In this document: positions 24,001 through 25,305 of the stretch, one piece after another
Layout of the letters: each line of letters begins with the position of its first letter
Position numbering within the stretch: position 1 is the stretch's first letter
Assembly: GCA_964492215.1 (NCBI GenBank)
Contig: CAZBJT010000001.1
Span: 1-25,305 of the forward strand
Direction of reading: 5' to 3'
DNA from: an uncultured Planctomycetales bacterium
GTDB taxonomy: Bacteria > Omnitrophota > Gorgyraeia > Zapsychrales > Fredricksoniimonadaceae
DNA length: 25,305 nt
Program-made: the position numbers and the translations under genes
Notes under the pieces: generated by a model
Databases searched by the model: none
Told to the model about the DNA's origin: nothing
The model's input: only the letters and a program-made list of their open reading frames with translations

Positions 24001-25305
24001 ACGGGCTGCATTCTCGCCTGCATAAACATCCCAGTTTCCCCTGCGTAATGCATTTTTAGAAGTGTCATTAAAAGCACCGGCGATAGTGGCCTCCATAATG
24101 GCACGATGAAAATTCTCGGAAGGTAAGGCATGGTCAAGTTGGATCCTAAAACCAGGCCAAGTCTTTTTCCAAATAGGAAGCTGGGTGGTTAAATATTGCA
24201 TTAAAGCCTTATGGAATTCGGTGTGCCCCAAACCTGCCTGCTCAGCTTCAGATATGATGAAGTTCTGATCGTCATTCATAGGCACTTGAACATACTTCAC
24301 ATTATTTCTATAAATCTGCTCAGTCTTCTTTGCTTCTATGCTCAAGTCGACAAGTTCCAAAGGTTTAGTTGTGCCGAGGATCTTTTGCCTAAGTTTTGAT
24401 TTTCCGTCAACCCCTTGAATGGATTTGAGCGCATAAAAAGGAACCTGCACCGTCAATGTTACCGGTTCCTCCGATGGAGGCACAGAATTCAAGAGCACCG
24501 TAATGGCCGTATCAATATTCGCACGCGCCTTTTTAAAATCCTCCGCCCCCTCAATATCAGCATACACCCGGGCTAAATGCGGACCAGGCACGGTCACGGC
24601 CGATGACTGCGCAGCCCCATCAATAGGTGTCGTCATAGTAGCCGCCAAAGAATTGGTAGACGGCACCAACTCTTTTGTAGCTTGTTCTAGTACGCATAAG
24701 GGCTCTTCGGGCAAAGCGGGTTGGTGCGTTCTGCTCCAGGCTAAAATGTCTTGGGCCGTCCATTCATATTTATTGTCCGCGGCATACCTGGCTTCATTAT
24801 TCTTGATCAAAGTTTTAATTTGATCTGGATCAGCAGCTTTAACAATTTTCTGTACGGCATGGCTCCATGCCCTGAGGGGCATCATGCCGTTATGCTGGAA
24901 TGCACCGAAGGCGTGTACTAAACCTAATAATATTACCTGCCGGTATTTCTCAGCCTCGGGCATGTCCACCTGCCATGTCCGGGCAATAATCATATTATCT
25001 TGATAAGGGATTTCATCTAAACGTAAACCAGATGCAAGAATGGATTTTCCCGGAATCTTCATCTCTAATGCTTTAACGACATCTTCCGTAGAACGATAAT
25101 ACGTAAAAGGCTGCCCCAGCAGGACATGGCCAGGTTTTTTCAAGAGCTTATTTAATATTTCAACGTGCAATTGGTCAAAATACTCACATGTCTTAACAAG
25201 GGCATCCATTGACGCGATCCTGTAACGCGCATAATTGGCTAAATCCCCTTTATGCCAGAAATCAAGGGCCGCATGCTCAAGCACCAAGTAGCACACGCGA
25301 CTGAC
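1..25305 (-). CDS. Internal fragment (>=8,435 aa, open at both ends) of a giant multidomain membrane-associated protein
   Basis: Manual translation of the minus-strand frame over all lines found no stop codon, from VSRVCYLVLEHAALD (25305) to ...DWIKIGLSDL (1). Many family motifs and TM segments fall in this single frame. No start or stop lies in the window. Confidence 0.97.
130..700 (-). other. Zincin-like metallopeptidase domain (HExxH) within the giant CDS
   Basis: QLFAYIAYQVARHEAQHHLL (HEAQH at 190-204), preceded by strand-like VYGHFYIDTD and followed by LADEEAL, a candidate third-ligand Glu. Boundaries approximate. Confidence 0.6.
1270..1790 (-). other. Degenerate SF1 helicase C-terminal RecA-like domain (DNA2/NAM7/UPF1-like, AAA_12-type)
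   Basis: Motif order SHWVISELVGRL...FNVVDT...YINQYEAEVIAGRIVSLLKQG...HVIVLYPQQVKQM...VLIVGMTRS...AGY...IDAISFA...VCVVGDITALK parallels the AAA_12 pattern, but motifs V and VI are degenerate. Confidence 0.7.
4000..4240 (-). other. Zincin-like module with HExxE...H variant
   Basis: ALVVYLTAKLWHEAAEILMSRAPGVDWRDPH (HEAAE at 4054-4068, His at ~4009). Confidence 0.4.
4680..5400 (-). other. Hydrophobic/transmembrane block C-terminal to the kinase-like domain
   Basis: Hydrophobic stretches VVGGLVLMLPLELGYIY, MGLFFYGIVFIP, LIELLSLFLFYLIKIPGIDFASILMLIHGG, VAGVFFNGAIRVGITLW, AIMAAAFSFLPIIGSFLG. Confidence 0.6.
5390..6030 (-). other. Protein-kinase-like (Ser/Thr kinase fold) domain
   Basis: Gly-rich loop VIKKLGAGLASVVYLVKDAQGREYVEK (5941-6020), hinge-like YDFVQG, catalytic-loop-like TDPLNINALGNIFI and Mg-binding-like MVLVDI (~5401-5415). 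Confidence 0.75.
6250..7060 (-). other. Multi-pass membrane block, possibly Mpv17/PMP22-like
   Basis: About 6-8 hydrophobic helices. KGIIGWAIFITLGEYIG and IWFGFVFYFFPNEATRTFMMGMISPF resemble my recollection of Mpv17/PMP22-family N- and C-terminal patterns. Confidence 0.45.
7650..8240 (-). other. Class I SAM-dependent methyltransferase domain (HemK/MTS-like)
   Basis: Motif I HVMVVGPGAGFD (8089-8109), motif II-like VLGINPMEIANT, motif IV VDRLVWNMPF (7870-7884, NPPY/F-like), N-terminal IVPIFPSVF. Confidence 0.75.
8830..8950 (-). other. Transmembrane helix/hairpin
   Basis: KKLLVKLLFAIAVVFTYVWLGMHAAGGAVLAASLPFMI. Confidence 0.6.
9070..9520 (-). other. GNAT-like acetyltransferase domain
   Basis: Motif A-like ALLRANVDPDFRGGRMKFLL (9283-9306) and motif B-like LTKHFGFCP (9169-9180). 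Confidence 0.55.
9850..10260 (-). other. Membrane-embedded M50/site-2-protease-like metalloprotease domain
   Basis: Hydrophobic helix ending in TPVHELGHLLAA (HELGH at 10192-10206), LLAGFIANF (AGPxxN-like), further TM helices, then LPN...EGD as a candidate third-ligand Asp. Confidence 0.7.
11240..12150 (-). other. Alpha/beta-hydrolase domain (FrsA / 2,6-dihydropseudooxynicotine hydrolase-like)
   Basis: WAKTWKKYA...SIPFDGHLDIPAYL...VVTFPGIMANKE...DLPGQG...IDASRIGVAGFSLGG (nucleophile elbow 11635-11652), LLGREDRLI (Asp ~11380), SGQNHY (His 11278-11280). Confidence 0.85.
11319..11343 (-). repeat. REP-like palindromic hairpin copy A (opposite orientation to B-D), translated in frame
   Basis: ttaattggtag-cgt-ctaccaattaa: perfect 11-bp stem with 3-nt loop; its core is the reverse complement of copy B. 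Reads LIGRRYQL in the CDS. Confidence 0.75.
12250..12480 (-). other. Degenerate zincin-like module (HE without second His)
   Basis: KPFLAWHKSRKEDVLMMHWQFVELVHEVVRY; the RKEDVL segment matches RKEDDVL of the module at ~14180. Confidence 0.35.
12690..13270 (-). other. Shikimate-dehydrogenase (AroE)-like NAD(P)-binding Rossmann domain
   Basis: DLVFLGAGASAHFWARAI (13042-13062), IFVFDADQRKAKQL, AVFNFMVPGLRG and KTVVDMNCDLPVFLTKAAMAGAEV follow the AroE C-domain motif order; the N-terminal substrate domain is not clearly recognisable. Confidence 0.6.
13980..14230 (-). other. Zincin-like module with HExxE...AH motif
   Basis: YGPPKEFIWARKEDDVLAIYF...LQVIAFHEITELEFMQSHSPQEAHRLA (HEITE 14062-14076; EAH 14023-14031). 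Confidence 0.5.
14818..15504 (-). other. Array of four tandem helix-turn-helix motifs
   Basis: GYTLLEIAAHLGLSSSRLRRLLSG (15433-15504), HTQDEISKLSGVRRQTIALIL (15214-15276), YSMKEISCISKVSYSVVDEVI (15034-15096), IARKAKVDLGTIRAILKG (14818-14871), with basic linkers. Confidence 0.75.
16490..17075 (-). other. HAD-superfamily-like domain, variant motif I
   Basis: IRVDDFRGTLVY (17041-17061; DxDGTL-like), GGIQVINS (motif II-like), TVIVGDRFEDID (16528-16554; motif IV). Confidence 0.55.
17250..17400 (-). other. Two transmembrane helices ending in EExxR
   Basis: YPALILLVVGISQLILHMVVGGYFIWWKLIALAAIVFVGAVFIEEAAR. Confidence 0.6.
17490..17664 (-). other. Single homing-endonuclease-associated-repeat-like unit
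   Basis: KWTKEALLQAGR...GWKARKLPTVYTTISFAKEWWPTYWHYLRELGL resembles the 'wt.e.i....lPs..ti...f.sW...l...G' pattern as recalled. Confidence 0.4.
18970..19260 (-). other. Pro/Ala/Glu/Thr-rich low-complexity linker
   Basis: IIPPTSTTPIPSPRTPPAAQKELVASTNSLPKPLPVLAPASEPELVSPTPEPAAPRAPPAPEES. Confidence 0.85.
19151..19179 (+). repeat. REP-like palindromic hairpin copy B, translated in frame
   Basis: aaagaattggtag-acg-ctaccaattcttt: perfect 13-bp stem. Reads KELVASTNSL in the minus-strand CDS. Confidence 0.85.
19230..20150 (-). repeat. Tandem duplication of an uncharacterised ~160-aa module
   Basis: ALARWY..GH/ALATWYRNG; VTLSRK/VTFSRR; LGEFMRFEGQVIRV/LGEFMRFEGEVVHV; both units end in IIP. DNA 19316-19340 and 19814-19838 are 24/25 identical, offset 498 nt. 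Confidence 0.8.
19684..19714 (+). repeat. REP-like palindromic hairpin copy C, translated in frame
   Basis: aaaagaattggt-agacggc-accaattctttt: 12-bp stem. Reads KELVPSTNSF. Confidence 0.85.
20200..20420 (-). other. Possible degenerate PD-(D/E)xK nuclease-like domain
   Basis: DIAQVVIDVYQDEKLKSPQTVWVEVRN: D...ExR in place of D...ExK (20275-20295). Confidence 0.3.
20640..21330 (-). other. Charged coiled-coil/helical region
   Basis: E/K/R/A-rich helices such as LAKEAKEAAEKAEARRVRD and LLDQEREERRAKALRDEEARLL. Confidence 0.6.
22020..22330 (-). other. Pro/Glu/Lys-rich low-complexity linker
   Basis: TPKTPEPAKEPEPKKPAPEQPEPAKEEKPEAPITAEVEAAVIVPE. Confidence 0.85.
22780..23100 (-). other. TPR-like helical region
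   Basis: SWIYLTRAYYWEDKARDALLLGNVKGYLDAMAYVLQARAL and FTVALYDYAIALQEQL show TPR-like amphipathic patterns. Confidence 0.35.
24100..24480 (-). other. Possible PD-(D/E)xK (restriction-endonuclease-fold) domain
   Basis: PIQGVDG...LELVDLSIEAKK (IEAK at 24328-24339) fits G-x-D...E-x-K. Confidence 0.4.
24647..24675 (+). repeat. REP-like palindromic hairpin copy D, translated in frame
   Basis: aaagaattggt-agacggc-accaactcttt: one stem mismatch; one substitution from the core of copy C. Reads KELVPSTNSL. Confidence 0.8.

Noticed and set aside
24030-24140. HNH-like LDHALP...N
   Set aside because: Only the DHxxP element matches; the later Asn/His spacing is unconvincing and no Zn-binding cysteines are present.
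11319-24675. CRISPR array interpretation of the palindromic repeats
   Set aside because: Copies are 0.5-8 kb apart, one is inverted, and there is no repeat-spacer periodicity or cas gene.
495-24823. All ORFs in the supplied track (61-199 aa, mostly plus strand)
   Set aside because: They lie antisense to, or out of frame within, the continuous giant ORF and show no recognisable motifs; they are shadow ORFs.
1-25305. Stop-codon recoding (TGA or TAG reassignment) as the cause of the long ORF
   Set aside because: The frame contains no TGA, TAG or TAA at all, so no alternative genetic code is needed.
1-25305. tRNA, rRNA, promoters, RBS, transposase or integrase genes
   Set aside because: None recognised; the whole window is coding sequence of one gene with no intergenic space.

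Overview
The whole window is the interior of one giant protein-coding gene on the minus strand. I translated the frame whose codons occupy positions 3n-2..3n by hand from 25305 to 1 and found no TAA, TAG or TGA in 8,435 codons. The ORF is open at both edges, which probably explains why the supplied ORF track misses it; the listed ORFs are short shadow frames. From N to C (high to low coordinates) the protein carries: two PD-(D/E)xK-like nuclease motifs, TPR/coiled-coil regions, Pro-rich linkers, a tandemly duplicated novel module, a HAD-like domain, four tandem HTH motifs, a shikimate-dehydrogenase-like Rossmann domain, an alpha/beta hydrolase with an apparently intact triad, an M50-type membrane metalloprotease, a GNAT-like domain, a class I SAM methyltransferase, a Mpv17/PMP22-like membrane block, a protein-kinase-like domain, an orphan degenerate SF1-helicase C-terminal domain and a HExxH zincin, plus recurring degenerate zincin-like modules. 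Four copies of a ~25-31 bp REP-like hairpin (AAGAATTGGTAGACG(G/C)(C/T)ACCAATTCTT) are translated in frame inside the gene. The architecture resembles the giant multi-enzyme membrane proteins reported from Candidatus Omnitrophota, but taxonomy cannot be established from this window. All domain calls are by-eye motif recognition; no database searches were run.
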